A stretch of DNA of 64,000 nt, taken from Antedon mediterranea. Its lineage: Eukaryota > Animalia > Echinodermata. Where the stretch lies: contig NC_092679.1 in the NCBI RefSeq assembly GCF_964355755.1, positions 22,117,432 through 22,181,431 on the forward strand. Direction: 5' to 3'. The notes under the pieces are model-generated. The model was not told the origin of the DNA. It saw only the letters and a program-made list of their open reading frames with translations, and did no database searches. Positions 39,407-53,150 of the stretch are shown in pieces. How positions within the stretch are numbered: position 1 is the first letter of the stretch; every line of letters begins with the position of its first letter. The translations under genes and the position numbers were made by a program.

Positions 39407-41208
39407 AATTAAACTTACTTTAACTAGTGCCAAGGCAATCTAACAACAGGACACTGAGCTCACATTGCCAAGATAGGAACTCGTAACATCACTTTGATCA
39501 TATGTCTGGCTGCGACAAATACCAACAGTAATGTAATGTACAAATCTTTTCCCAAGTGTGTATTTCATTTTTCCTTTTTTATGTTAGTTAAATTAAATTT
39601 TTGTCTGGAAAGCACTATACGTATGAAACGCCATATGTGCAAAATGTTTTATCTTTTTACTAATATTAAGTAGAAACACAGTCTAGAACCTAGACTAGGA
39701 TGGGGTATACATCAAATCTATATATGCCACTGGCAGCGCCTGGAAGGTAGTCACAACAAAAACAATACAGTCAATTTTAATAAAATATACGTATGTAAAT
39801 GATGGAATAAATTTTATTAATAATTTATTATCATTTTCTTACAAAGCTTCAATAACTGCAGCTGACAGGATACATTGGGTTTCACAAAATAAATAAAATG
39901 TTACATACATTTTTGGTATTTATCAAACAAATGCTTTAACCACCCATATTTGCTCACTTGAACAAAACAGTAAATAATACAGTAGATATTCCCTCTTTCT
40001 CTCTTCAGGGGAGACCCACCCTTAAAAATGGAACAACTTCAAACTTGGTGTGTAATACAATATCCCTTAATTAAAGATATATTGTCCCGCTTCTTTTTCA
40101 AATTTTTGGCCGAATATGCCATTTGGATGTTCCATAATAGTTAATCACTTTGATTAACTGTAATTTATTAAAGCAAAAAGTAGTCAAATTGGCTGTCAGC
40201 TAATGTGTTTTTGGTTTTTTCAACATATTTTAATGCATGTTTTCTTTATCTGGGCCCTGTTCAAGAGTCCCAGTAAGCTCAGGGGTCCCTGGGTGTAACT
40301 AGCTCATAACCCTAACTGTATTGTATTGATGATATTAATGTGTATTCTATAATAAGAAATGTTGATATCAAGGGGTTTGTTAGTATTTATCAATGAGAAT
40401 TGCATGAATGTTTTGAAAATAGAATAAAAAATAAAAAACACTTATTATACATTAAAATATGTTTTAAAATATGACATACACTTTTAGAAAATGGATAATT
40501 AATTAGCAAACTTTGGCGAAGCTTGCGTTCCATAGCTACCTATATAACCAAGATACAGGACCTGATTTTTTAAATATCATCATAAATAAATCCTTGTATA
40601 AAAATAGATTTACATAATAATAGTTATTAAAAATAAGGATTCCTTATTTGAGAACATAATTTCAGTTAACTTGTTAAATCTTAGTTTGTATAAGAAATTA
40701 GCTTTTATCCTTTTCTAGCTTAAAAAATAATACCTTTTCTTTCATTAAAAAATCTTAATGGTTTTATTGTAATTTGTAAATATGTAATTTACTTTACTTT
40801 CTATTTTTTAAGCTCTGTTTTCCTTTTCATTTTAAAAACAATGTTTTGTAATTTTAGTTTTAATAATTTAACAAAACACTCTTCATATCTATGTTGAATT
40901 ACATTACACTGATTGCTAAAAATGTTGAAAAATTGTTTGGAAAAAAAAAATTTAAATCTAAGTTGTACATACTGCACATCAAGAATCGCAATGCAACATT
41001 AAAAACAAAAAACAGTAAAATCTATTTAGAATTTACCTATTTTACACCAAGATGTTAATGACACACTGTACACATTTGCCGATTAATTACTGGGCATTAG
41101 GCCCAAGCTGTACAAAGAAATAATAATCCAAACATTGGAAGTTATAGAGAAATTGTATAAAATACTCATCGTTGCATCATTGGTCATGTGATTATGTCAT
41201 GTGACTCC

Positions 41209-44200
41209 TTAAAGTGAGTTGCTTGAGATCATATTGGTTATTTCAATTCTGGAAAATTAAAAAGCACAACATTTAATAAATATAATAGTATGACAAATAT
41301 GATAGAATATAAGAGACATTATTAAAACTAGAGGGCCAACTGTGAAACATAGCTGCCGTTTCCGTTAAAAAATATATCAGCATCGGAGACTGATGACCTG
41401 GGAAAGTTAGGTCATGTCAATTCATAGCATGCATACGGGGAAGTTCTGACTTGCTTGATCGCTCTATTCTTCAATACAGGTTTAGTAGTTTCTAGGACCG
41501 ATGACAAATCAATAGATTCAGATTCGATTTATTAAGTCATTCATACATTGTACAATGATAATTGTTTTCTTGGCAGAAAAACACAAACAAAACAATACAC
41601 ACATAATATTTACATTCGTGATCAACATGGAACTAACACCTGATCAAATAATATAAAATACAAAAGACCTAATATAATAGTAGTCGCAAATTATCTAATA
41701 TATTCTGGACAAAAAAAAAATGGACAAAATAAAATAAACACAAAGCAAAATGTTGTTGAATTATGCATCAACAAATATTTTAGTTCCTTTACCTTAATTC
41801 TCGTGGAAGTAAATATGTGTCGAGATTATTTTCAATTACAACCAACTGACAAAGGGTTTTTAAACTTGGCTCTTAAGGAAAGAAGAAAAGGTACCAGTAA
41901 GCAATCATAGCAAAAACAAAATCGAGAATGTTAATGGTTTGGAAAAAGGAGGAGAGGCCTACAATTGTGATAGTTCTGAACTTAACATAAGACATAGGCA
42001 AATATTATATCATAAACTCCTTTCAAATATTTTGAAGATTTCAGTAAATGTAATGCATTCGAAAAGACTTTGCACCAACTCAAGTTTGAGTACCCATTGC
42101 AGTCCATTCCAGACCCTCTCACAGTCTAACATCATTATGGAAATTAGCCATCTTTTGTAAAATATATTAACAGAAGAAAATAAAAATACAGCAAAATTTT
42201 ATTTTCCTAATCTCAATACAGTATTAATTTTTTGTAAAAACGAAGAAAAAGAAGCACTTTTTTAAGGAACGAACACATTTTGAAAATGGGTGGCTAATGT
42301 AATTTAGTTCTCATGGCCTAATGTCATACATTTTATATTGTTTTTTCTCCAGTTTAGTTGACCTCTTGAGATTATCAATCCTTATCATTTCGTTGCAAAA
42401 TAATTAATTAATAATAAAATAATTTTTTAATTCTTACCAAAATCTAGTATATACAAGTCATCCATGTCCTGTAGATGGTCAATTGAGGTAGACTTTGATG
42501 TTGGGCTAAATAAGAAAATAAAACCAGTAAACTAGCTTAATTAAATTGTTTTCAATTCTTCTTTCATACTTGTTTACATTTTGACTTTTTACAAAAATTA
42601 AAAGTGAGTTAAGGAGGAAATTGATGTCAACCTGAAACTAAAATAAACTCAATTAATCTTAACTTTCCTGAAATGAAGTAGTTGCTTGAGGAACCGATTG
42701 TAACTAGTTGTGATTACCATACCAATCGCGAGATGATTCCTAGAATTAGTTGTGCTCAGTTACTGTCAGTTCCAAGAAATATGTAGACTCTACTACTGTG
42801 GTCAATTCTAAATATTTTGCATTACTTGAGTTGAAATATGTTGCTTTCAGTTGCTCAGATTTATGTTGACATAACTGAGTTGAGTTCATAAGCCCACCTG
42901 ACCTCTGAACTTTGAACTTTTAAGATTGGAAGAAAACCACTAATGCACTGAAAAAACCCATGAAAGAAAATTACAATATTCACCTTGTTCCACCAAACAT
43001 GATTAGTTTGCTGTCCATCATGACACAGCATTGTCGACGCCGTTGGCATGGTTTCAACACCCCTTGAACTTTAACCTTTGACCATTCCATTGCTTTGGTA
43101 TCAAATTTATGAATTGTGTCAAAATGTTGATTAGTGACACGATTGTAGCCTCCAAATATGTACATATTGTCTTTGTAAACAACTATAGAATGATAAACAT
43201 AACAAAACGTAAAAAATAAATAGTAGAAATAAAAAATATATAATTTCAGATTCTATGCTACAGCAAAGTGAGGTGATAAGGAGATGACCCTGAAAAGGGT
43301 TATCTGTTAAAAAATGTATAGGTACAATATATATATAAAACTTGAAATGACCCTCCTTCCCGACCTTTGATGCTAAATCGACAAACACCACATGAATGGG
43401 AACTAGGGGAAGACATACATATTTGGAGGAAATCCTATTTGTCGTTCGAAACTAGTAGCGTTGCAAAATGAAACAGAACCCATTCAATATTTTTAAACTA
43501 AAATTTAGAGATATTTCATCTTACCAGGAGGGGTAGAACGACTCGAAATATAGGGAAGTCCCTATGCTTATTTGTTATACTTACAAGCTGAGTGGCTCCT
43601 CCTTCCAATAGGTCGATTCCTTGATATTGCTGGTTGAGTCCATGTTTTATTCTTTGTGTCAAATACTGCTAATTCGTTACTGTAAAATTCCATATTTGTG
43701 AACACTGGGCCATTTAAATCTGACCTTCCACCAAATATATACATGTATTGTCCTATGGTTACAGCTGAGTGGAAATCTCGCCAATGTGCTGGTCTGCCCT
43801 GTATGGTGACAGACAAAAGTTCTTTTCTTTTGATGTCATATTATGATGTCATGTCACCAGAAGTATTTACAGTATGTCATACAGTATGGTAATTTAAATA
43901 TGCTAATTTTTGGAAACTTTTATCATATGTTCTTCTTTGTAATATGATGTCATAAGAGAATTATTATGACAGTATTTACACTATGTCATATGGTAATTTA
44001 AATATGGTAATTTAAATATGCTAATTTTTGGAAACTTTTATCATAATGTTCTTTTTTGTAATATGATGTCATAAGAGAATTATTATGACAGTATTTACAC
44101 TATGTCATATGGTACTTTAAATATGCTAATTAGAAACTTTTAGGTGGCCTAAAACCAATTGAGATAGTGGACTTCAAAGTATACAATTTTTTTTTAATTA

Positions 44201-47200
44201 TCTGCTCGACAGCAAATGGTAGGACGCAGAAGATTCCAGGTTCGAATCTTGATTTGGGTGGTTTTTTCTCATTCTCTAAGACTTCCTCATTTTAAACGTT
44301 TTATATATTAATTAATTTTAATTATATCCCTTGGTAATTAGGAGTGTTTCTATGCTCTATGAATTTATAATAAACAATTATGATATAAGAAAAATAAATT
44401 CATACCTTACATTCAAGTTTTTTCCATCTCATTTTATCTATATTCAATTTATGAACAGAGTTTGAAAAACACTGTGACTGAAAAAAAAAACAAGTCTGTA
44501 AAAGAAAGTGTATACATTCGCTGCTGCCATGGTTTCTTGTACGTCATAGAAAATAGAGGGCGGTACAACGCTGTCAAAATTCATAAAGAGACTATAATAC
44601 GTACCTCATCTTCATATCCACCAAATACATACATCTTATTTTTAATGAGACAGACAGAGTGGCCATCTCTAGCCGGTGGGATATCGCCAGAAGGTTTAGG
44701 TAAGCACCATTTAAAAGTTGCTATAGGAATGAAAATAATACTGAATTAAGTTAAATTAAATTGAATTAAGCAATATTTAGCTTAAATTAGGGGTGAGATT
44801 ACACTTAACCATGGGATTCTACTGTATCTACTACTCATAGTAAATACAGTATATGATCGCAAAGTTTGTATGCAGGAAGTTAATTGGTTACAACCAATGA
44901 TAAATTGTCCAGAAAAGAGTGGGGGATTGGTATAGTAGCACAGAACAGTACAGAACATGAGTAGCAGTTCCTGGAAATTAGAGTACAAAACTTATTCATA
45001 CTGGACATAAAAAAGAGACAATCACAACAAAGTGAATGCCAAAAAAACAGACTTGTTGTTGTTTACTTACAGGTTTGAAAACAATACAGCTCATTACAGG
45101 CACCATCTGGGTCGTTTCTGCCCCCGAATATGTAAATATTGTCATTGTATGCGATGGCCGAGTGACCATACCTCATGAAGGGTACGCATCGAAAACTTGG
45201 ATCATGTTTCTCAACTTCGGGAAGTTTCTTCCATTTCAACGATACTAAAGAATTTAAATTGTTCTTATTAAACCAGTTATATTTACATAATATCTAGACA
45301 ATATTAAGCCATAACAAACATTTAGAAAATCTCTAAAATATCGGGAGACAGAGTTGAATAGTCGTCATCACAAGCCTGGTTAGGACCGATAAAAATTAAT
45401 CATTTAATATAGGTTTTTAGAACGTATCCCTTTTTGTATTTACCATGGGCAATGCTTGAAACTATAGTAAAAGTCAGTTTCTTTATTTTGTTACTTTGAT
45501 GAGGACAATTTAGGTGGTGGGCGGAACTGGAACTTCAGTTTTGTCAGTGTCGGTAATACCAATTGGAACAACACTTTTTAATTTTACAGTAACGTAAACA
45601 GTAGCCTAATGTTGAATAATGCAATAGTAGGGCCCAGTTATAATATATTCTCCACAACATAAAGTAAATCATAATATTTATCAAATGATAGGATTCAAAT
45701 GTTTTTTCCAGATATTTCCTGTATATTTTGTGAACTTGTAAATAGTCATTTCTAAGTATAGACATGAAAACATATTCTTGAAATTTCGCACTTCAATGCA
45801 TTCACACAATTTTTGTAAGTTTCTTTGTGAATAATTTATTGTAATGACTATAAGGAAATCCAAATCCTTCACGAGTTGTACCTCAAATTTCCAGTTTTCA
45901 GATTTATCTGTCAATTGGCTAAAGAAGACATAATTGTTTATTGGTAAGTATTTTATATGATTTTATAGACAATTATGTGCTGCACAAATAACATTGTTTT
46001 AAATACAAGAACTGGTAGGCACTGCCATGCTGGCTGCTGTGAGCCATGTAGGCCTAATCCGAATGTCCTCAGTTTCCAGTTAAGCTGTAGGACCAGATTA
46101 ATACCTTAATATGAAATTAGAAAATAGCAGGATTACTCTACTTGGGGAACAGGCGTCTATTACCCTAGGGGAACAGGCGTCTATTACCCTAGGGGAACAG
46201 GCGTCTATTACCCTAGGGGAAGCGGTGTGTTAGGCCTACAAATATGAGAGGTTGGTGATGCCTAGACATAATATGCATAATATTACCAGTAGTAACGCTG
46301 CAGATATTATTACTTTTCAGAAATTGTAGCAAAATGGATAACAGTGAGTACACAGTGGACAATACAGTGTTCATCGGGCGAGAAAAGGAAACTCAACATT
46401 TAAAAGAACTATTTTCCGACGCTGTATTGTCACCGAAATCAGAAATACGACGAGTGATAATAATTACAGGAGAACCAATGGTCGGCAAAACACGTCTATC
46501 AAAAGAAATTGGTAACCGACTGGTAAGTGATTTCCAACTTTTGGATAAGCAACTAAATGTGTATTGCATTAAACTACATCAAGTAACACATTTCAACAGA
46601 GTCCTTGTCAAGCTATCTGCAGCATTAGGACTTCCACCATGTTCTGAAAATGCACTTATAAAGCATTTCATGCAACTCAAATTTCATTGTCTACTGATTT
46701 TTGATGCGGCGGAACACTTGTCTGTTGATACGTCTAATGAGTTGCAGACTCAATTTCTAGACTTTTGTACAAGACTTGTCAATAACTCAAAAGTGTTGTT
46801 GCTAATAAACTCCAGGTTTAAATACAGGTTGCTGTCAATCCATGTTAATGTGTACCACCATCGTTTGAAACCAATAAGTATTGAAGATTCTATCAAGTTG
46901 TTAACATCCGTTGCGGAAAATGTTGGATTTGTAGATAGTATTGATAAGAAGATAGCTAAATATTGTGCCGGAATTCCGCATGCTTTAGTAATCGCTGAAA
47001 CTGAACTTAAAAATAATACATATACTCCACATGAACTCTTTGCGTTGCTAGAAGAGAATCGCTTGGAAACATTAAGTTCTGCCAATTACAGTGAAGAAGA
47101 AAATGTTTCTTTCGTCATTAAATCATCCGTCAACAAGTTAAAGTCAATAAGAAATGATTACATAAGGCTTTCTTATATTCCTTCTTCATTTACTGCTAAA

Positions 47201-49944
47201 GCAGTTGCTGACATTCTTGAATTAAACAACGAAAAACCAGTAGTTTCTGCTAAACAACGTGTTTTGATTCCACTAACAACACGGTCCCTTGTTGCCAGGG
47301 ATACACTAAATGATCGTTTCGATATTCATGCATTTTTACGGGAATTTTTATCCTACGAATTATCTTCACTCACGTCAGAACAGTCAATTGTTCTGCGCAA
47401 TCGTTATTGTTCATTTTACGGAAAGTTGCTGCAATCGTTGGCGCCAATTGTTGAAGAAGACTCGTGTAAGAAACTCCCACTATTCAGTATAGAGTTAATA
47501 AACATACAGAAACTTTTGCAAGAGGCAGCGTTTTGTCCTTCGGAAGACTACGATCTCTTTCTTGACGTTGCTTGCAAGGCAGAATATCTTATTATTAATT
47601 TTCTGCCAAGAAAAGAATCTGTTGAATTTTATGCGGCTTGTGTACGAGCTGCTGAAAGTCGAAATCAGAAGAAACATCTCGGTGTAATGTTGTCATCCTA
47701 TGGTCAAGCATTAACCTTCACTGCATCAAATTGGAAATTGGCACAAGAGCAGTACGAGAAGGCAGTTGACATTCTAGCTGCATATGGTGATACTGTTGAC
47801 ATGGCATGGTTGTTAAAACATATTGGATGGAACTTGTTCCTGCAAGGCTCTTTCAAAGTCGCTTTGAGGTAATAAACATTCTAAATGTTCAGTATAAGCT
47901 GTCATTACAGAAGACATTATCATCCTTATAATATTCTTTGATTTATGGGGGAACTCTTTTTGCTGGGGTGGCAAAGATGTCATGGAACAAAAAGCGGAAT
48001 GTGAAGCTTTTTTAATATTAAATTTTCATGTTAATTGTTATGGGTTATTTGATTTAGATTTATCTGTCCATTATTAGTTTTTAATAGTTTTTTTAAAAAT
48101 AATCAATAGATATTTTAAAGATGCCGAAGAAACTTTGTTGAGAATGAATGAAATTGAAAGAAAGTTAGACACCCGATGGGAGAGAATAATTGCAGCAGTC
48201 TGGTCGTGTATAGGAATTGCATACGTTCTTCTTGGTACGTAATTATTCAAATTATTGTGTTAAATTCCACTTTTTCTTTCTATTAAAATACAGCATTAAT
48301 CTACATTGTTTTGACTTAAATATCTTTAATTTAACAGATTCATTAAAACGTGGTATTGGATATCATGAGAAGACGTTAAAGATGCGAAGAAAAATATGGG
48401 ACGATCACCCTTTAATCGGAGGAACATACAACAACATGAGTCTGGCCTATATCAGAATGGGAGACCAAAATAAAGCGCTAGAATATGGTCAGAAAGGACT
48501 AGATACGAAGATGCGCTTTAAACGTGAACCGGCTAACGACATCATAGTTTCGTTAAATAATGTCGCAATTAACACATGTATTTATGAAGATAATCCCAAG
48601 AAAGCTCACAGGCTGCTTGATCAGTCGTTTGAAATGAGGGAATTACTTGGCCTAAATCATGTGGACACAGCTCTCATAGCTATGAATCGGGGACGAGTAT
48701 ACGAATACCAGGAGAATTATAGCGAAGCAATGGTATGCTACCAACGAGCAGTCGACATTAGAGAAAACCTACAATATTGGCATAAGTCTACAGCGAATTC
48801 ATTATTTAATTTAGCGTCTTTAAAGCTGAAATTTAATCAATTAGACGACGCACTTGAGTCATTCTACAAGTGCTATAGAATACGTCAAGTTGGAATTTCA
48901 CAAAACACCGAGCTGGGTGAGGTCATGGAGAGTCTTGGTACAGTTCACGAAAAACGAAATGAGTTTAGTGATGCAAATAAATATTTCATGGAAGCACTTG
49001 AGGAATTTAACCGATTAAAAAAATCTTTCGAAAATCAAGATAACGATAGCATGGCAAAAGAAATGGGTAAAAATGTTGAAAGGATTCGCAGAAAACTACA
49101 AGATTTGCCGTTTATAGCCATTAACAATATTGATAGATGAAAATTGTGACGGTGTACAACAATTTAATGGATCGTCATTTACTCCTGAAGGTCAAGTGAA
49201 CCAGAGTCATTCCGATAAAAAAAAATAAAAAAAACATCAATTAAAAAAAAAAACTATATATCAGAATAATGGTAGAATGGAGGGGGGTTTGTTTTCACAA
49301 CTTATAGAAGTTTTCATTTGATATTCACCTTTTTTTTTCATAATCTATCAGTTTTCATGTCAAATATCAATGGAACTGTTATTGTTTTATTAGTCTTGTA
49401 AATAAAAAATGAAAAAAAGTATAAAAAGTGTCATCTATTTTTCAATAAAAACATACTTTCAATCATAGGCCTCAAATTCCTATAACGTTTCTTAGTGATA
49501 TTTACATTGTATTGAGAAATACCCTCCTTCCTCTCCTTAGAGTTCTCACTGATGATCGACTATTTTGTATTATTGATTATTGACCTATTGATTGATTACA
49601 CATGACTATTCTCTTTTATTACCCTAATATTTTTAGAAGTAAACCATATCCATAGTGTATTTATTCGAATAAACATCCACTATAGAACATCGTTTGGAAT
49701 AAACGCCCCAAAATCATGTTATAGAATCTGTAAATTTAAGGTGTTATCATCATTTTTTAACCAAGGATGCCGATAGCTCACCATACCTACCAGTGTTAAA
49801 GACATGGACATCAATTGGTCTCCGTCGAGAGTAGTCATCCCCTGTACAATAGCCTCCAAACGAGAAGATTAAATGGTTCACAGCTGCTGCTGCATGGTTT
49901 ACACGACGTGGACCACTATCAAGTCTCAGCGTCCACATCGGCAT
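41209..49944 (-). CDS. KLHDC3: Kelch domain-containing protein 3 (CRL2 C-degron substrate receptor), 9 coding exons
   Basis: MPMWTLRLDSGPRRVNHAAAAV..IFSFGGYCTGDDY (49791-49944); VPFMRYGHS..IFGGRNDPDGACNELY (~45070-45246); PARDGHSVC; PAHWRDFHSA..GRRSHSA; PCQRRRQCC..FGGT; DDLYILDF-EPSLKTLCQL (BC box); stop 41209-41211. A likely 5'UTR exon has its donor near 50365. Confidence 0.95.
43860..44140. repeat. Tandem repeat of about 110-120 bp in a KLHDC3 intron
   Basis: AGTATTTACACTATGTCATATGGTAATTTAAATATGCTAATTTTTGGAAACTTTTATC... repeated about 2.5 times. Confidence 0.8.
44200..44270 (+). mobile_element. Degenerate tRNA-derived SINE head fragment
   Basis: B box GGTTCGAATC at about 44239 preceded by a weak A-box-like CAGCAAATGGTAG; no complete cloverleaf. 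Confidence 0.35.
46144..46220. repeat. Perfect 24-bp tandem repeat, 3 copies, in the 5'UTR intron of the nested gene
   Basis: GGGGAACAGGCGTCTATTACCCTA x3 plus GGGGAA. Confidence 0.9.
46334..49140 (+). CDS. NB-ARC/STAND P-loop NTPase plus TPR protein (820 aa), nested antisense in a KLHDC3 intron
   Basis: Exons 46334-47868, 48110-48234 and 48338-49140 total 2463 nt in frame. Motifs: FIGREKE, Walker A GEPMVGKT, Walker B LLIFDAAE, sensor-1 LLINSR, GxP CAGIPHAL, MHD-position FDIHAFLREF. C-terminal TPRs of kinesin-light-chain/NPHP3 type (DHPLIGGTYNNMSLAY, HVDTALIAMNRGRVY, HKSTANSLFNLASL). Confidence 0.9.
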
Positions 49945-52178
49945 CCTGTTGGAACTAACTCTCACATAACTAACTGCAACACAACAAGTTAACTGCAAAA
50001 TATAAGATTTTTGAAATGGTTTATTTAATATTAATAATACATTTTTCACCATTAATCTAGTATAACTATAAACGGCGCTAATGCAGTTTCGTACCCACCC
50101 TAACCTATCCTACAGTGAGAGTGAGTGAGGAGTTTTCCCACCACCCGCGTGTGAACTGACTCAAACTAGGCTAGGTAGGCCTATAAACTAGGCTAGGCTA
50201 GCTAGAGGGCCAGTCAGGCTAGGCCTACCCTCCTACTACTAAGTACTAGGCTTGACTAACCATTATATTAAAAACCAATATGATTTTAAGTCTCTTTAGC
50301 TAACCACCTAATAGTTAAAATTAACTACACATAAGCAGCAAAAATAAGCTCATTTTTGGGCTTACTTATCTCATTGAAATAAGCTCAGATTATTATACGC
50401 TCGACAACAACAAAAAACGGGGTAATCCCAAACACAACTTTTTAATATGTGACGCCGTTTTCGCCATAATACCAGTTAGGTTGGATGGTTCTTGAAATAC
50501 GAGACGCTATATTCGCCAAATTAATAGAGTGGTTATTTATATTTATAGTAAAATTCATGATAATTCCCAAATATTCTGACAAAAAAAGACCCGGGCGCGA
50601 TGAAGACCATGAAGACAGCGATGACATAAATAATGGTAATTGGAGGACATGACCGAGTGTGAAAGGTAGTTTAGTAACAACAGATTTAAGAAATACGTAC
50701 TAGCGCCCTCATGCAATCAACCACTTTCATCATCAATCCGCAAGTGAAAAATGGCAATGGTTATTGAAACAAATGTTGATTAAAATAATTGCGTTACTGA
50801 AGCTAATCTAACATTTTGTGTTATTAATCGCAAACTGTGAGCTGTTGTATGAATTATGCAGGTTATAGTGACGGTGAATATATATAAAATATGCTGGTAG
50901 TGTTACTGAACAAAGAGATTTAATATTATTCTCGTTGTTCGTTATAATAAATTCAGAATTAGAATAAATAAGAATTACTTAATAAATGAAAAAATTTGCG
51001 ACAAATTTGAAGGTAAAATATACAAATAAACAACAAGCGTGAATGTCGTCATTAGAATTCGTGACCTGCGAATTATTCAGACAATCCGCTGTTAATTTAT
51101 TTCCGTATTGGCAATGAACTCGCACACAGGAGATGCTTACGTTAGTGACTTCCTTCGTTTCTCCGTTTTCTTTGATTTAATGTCAATTGCCGATCGATAT
51201 AATTTCTGCGGACCGACTCGAAATGAGGCGATGGGAAAGCGGCAGCTGCTGTTAGGTTTGCGATTCTCGTAAAATACATCTGTCTTTAGAAGCCTCAGTC
51301 AATATGAATTTCACGGTATTTACAGCATTGATGATGGCTTGAGCTGACTTGAAAAAAAAACCTGTTGATATTCTGCTTCAGTGTGGTGTGCGCAGTGACA
51401 GAAAACTAATAACGGAAGCGGCTACCTCATTATTTATTCCGATCATTCATGAATATTCATTTCGGAAAGTATAATACGCGCTGTGACGTAGCATATAGCG
51501 ATGCACTGATGACAAGTTTAGATCAGCGTTATATGGTCGAGAGAGTTGGAGCCGAATATGCATCTATAGTAATACTATTATAATTTGCTCATTATCATCT
51601 CGACCTGACCGAGAGCATCCAAGGCAGTGCCTAGGATATAGATGTCTGTACAAGAAAATCATCTTCAAGTAACATAAAGATAATAAAAGGATTTCGCGAT
51701 ATCGAATAAAATGTAAAGTATTTCCAATATACATTTTTTCGAATGAATCTACAAGGTGGATTTTCTGTTATTCTGTGATTATCATCAACGCTCATGGGAT
51801 TCGAGAGATGTTCTTTAAAATCTACCATAAATACAGTGCTATATTATCACTAGCAATAAAATCAAGTTTTCTCTATTCGCCATTTTGAAGGAGCATTTTG
51901 GAATTTTATCGTTATATAAATGCCGGGAGTTTTGATTCGATCAATGGTGGTAAAAATTGGAGATTATAATCACGCACCTGATGGATAAAGTTAAAAAGAA
52001 GAAATGCGCGATTTGAAAATATATCTTTTATCTGGAGTTCAGTCTGGTTTAGTTCATAGTTTCAGGCGAATGAGTCGTTGTATGCTTGTTTGACAAGGAT
52101 ATGGGTATTTATTGAGGAGGAATAGACCTCCTAAACTAAGTAGGTCCGTAAAATCATTTTAAATAGGGATTTCAAGGA

Positions 52179-52521
52179 ATGGCGCGAACAAACAAATGTT
52201 GCGCTATTATTCGTCTGAAAGAGGATAATTCCCGGTTTATTTTGCTAGCTTTTTTTATCTTATTTTATTGGTTGATGGGGGCTATAATTTTCCACTTTCT
52301 TGAGGCGGACATGGAGCAGGTCGAACGAGCGGAATATTTAGATGTTCTTAATGGTTTTAAAAGCAAATACATTAATACGAATATTGTAGAAGAAGAGGAC
52401 TTTGACGAACTGTTAAAAAAGCATGAATATGCAGTTGCAAAGGGTTTAACAGAAGAACACCGGCTAAGATGGGATTTTCCAGGGGCATTTTACTTCGTCG
52501 GTACAGTAGTCTCAACTATAG
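52179..52521 (+). CDS. KCNK13: Two-pore-domain K+ channel, THIK subfamily (KCNK13/KCNK12-like), exon 1; the rest lies beyond the window
   Basis: LKEDNSRFILL...M1 helix...RWDFPGAFYFVGTVVSTIG, then donor G|GTAAG at 52521/52522. EDNxRF and GAFYFVGTVVSTIG are THIK signatures. Confidence 0.88.
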
Positions 52522-52919
52522 GTAAGCCTACAATTTTATTTTCAAATAATCATTATGTGTTGACGGTACTAACACCCATTTATTTCAGGTTGTTTTAAGT
52601 ACATCTATTGGACCTGCGCATCAGCTCAACGCGTCTATAAATAACATGTTACCCGGCAACGTTAATAATTTTATAAATCAAAACGTATATTCATGAGGTA
52701 TAAGCCTATAAAACGACCCCTTTACGTTTAAGTACATTTAATATTTTTGATGCTGGTATTGTTATTGTTAAACAAAATCTCACTTTATTATCTCCTTTTA
52801 ATATTTGGAAAATATATAATCAGTTATTTGTTCAAACATGACTATATTTAAAATCAGGCTCACAGAAGAACATGAATGTTGAAAAGAACAAAGCAGCTGA
52901 CGCGTGCCTACAAGAAAAG

Positions 52920-53150
52920 TCCAATTTCCATCAAAATGTCAACGCGCGCGTACAGTGCCACTTTCATCAGCATTTCAACGCGCGCGCGTACAATACGATA
53001 CCATTTTCATCAACATTTCAACGCGCGTGTACAAAAAAGTACTATTTTCATCAACATTTCAACGCGCGCATATAAACAGTACCATTTTCACCAGTATTTC
53101 AACGCTCGCGTAAAGAACAGTACCATTTTCATCAGCATTTGAAGGCGCGT
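52920..53150. repeat. Minisatellite of about 38 bp (CCATTTTCATCAACATTTCAACGCGCG)
   Basis: About 6 degenerate units. Confidence 0.8.

Noticed and set aside
45460-45900. NF-kB- or ISRE-like sites upstream of the nested STAND gene
   Set aside because: Only partial matches (GGAAATCC, AGTTTCTTT) that are common in AT-rich DNA.
46334-49140. Bacterial Avs-like gene by contamination or recent horizontal transfer
   Set aside because: The gene has spliceosomal introns and host-like composition and sits within a host intron; older transfer cannot be judged without a phylogeny.
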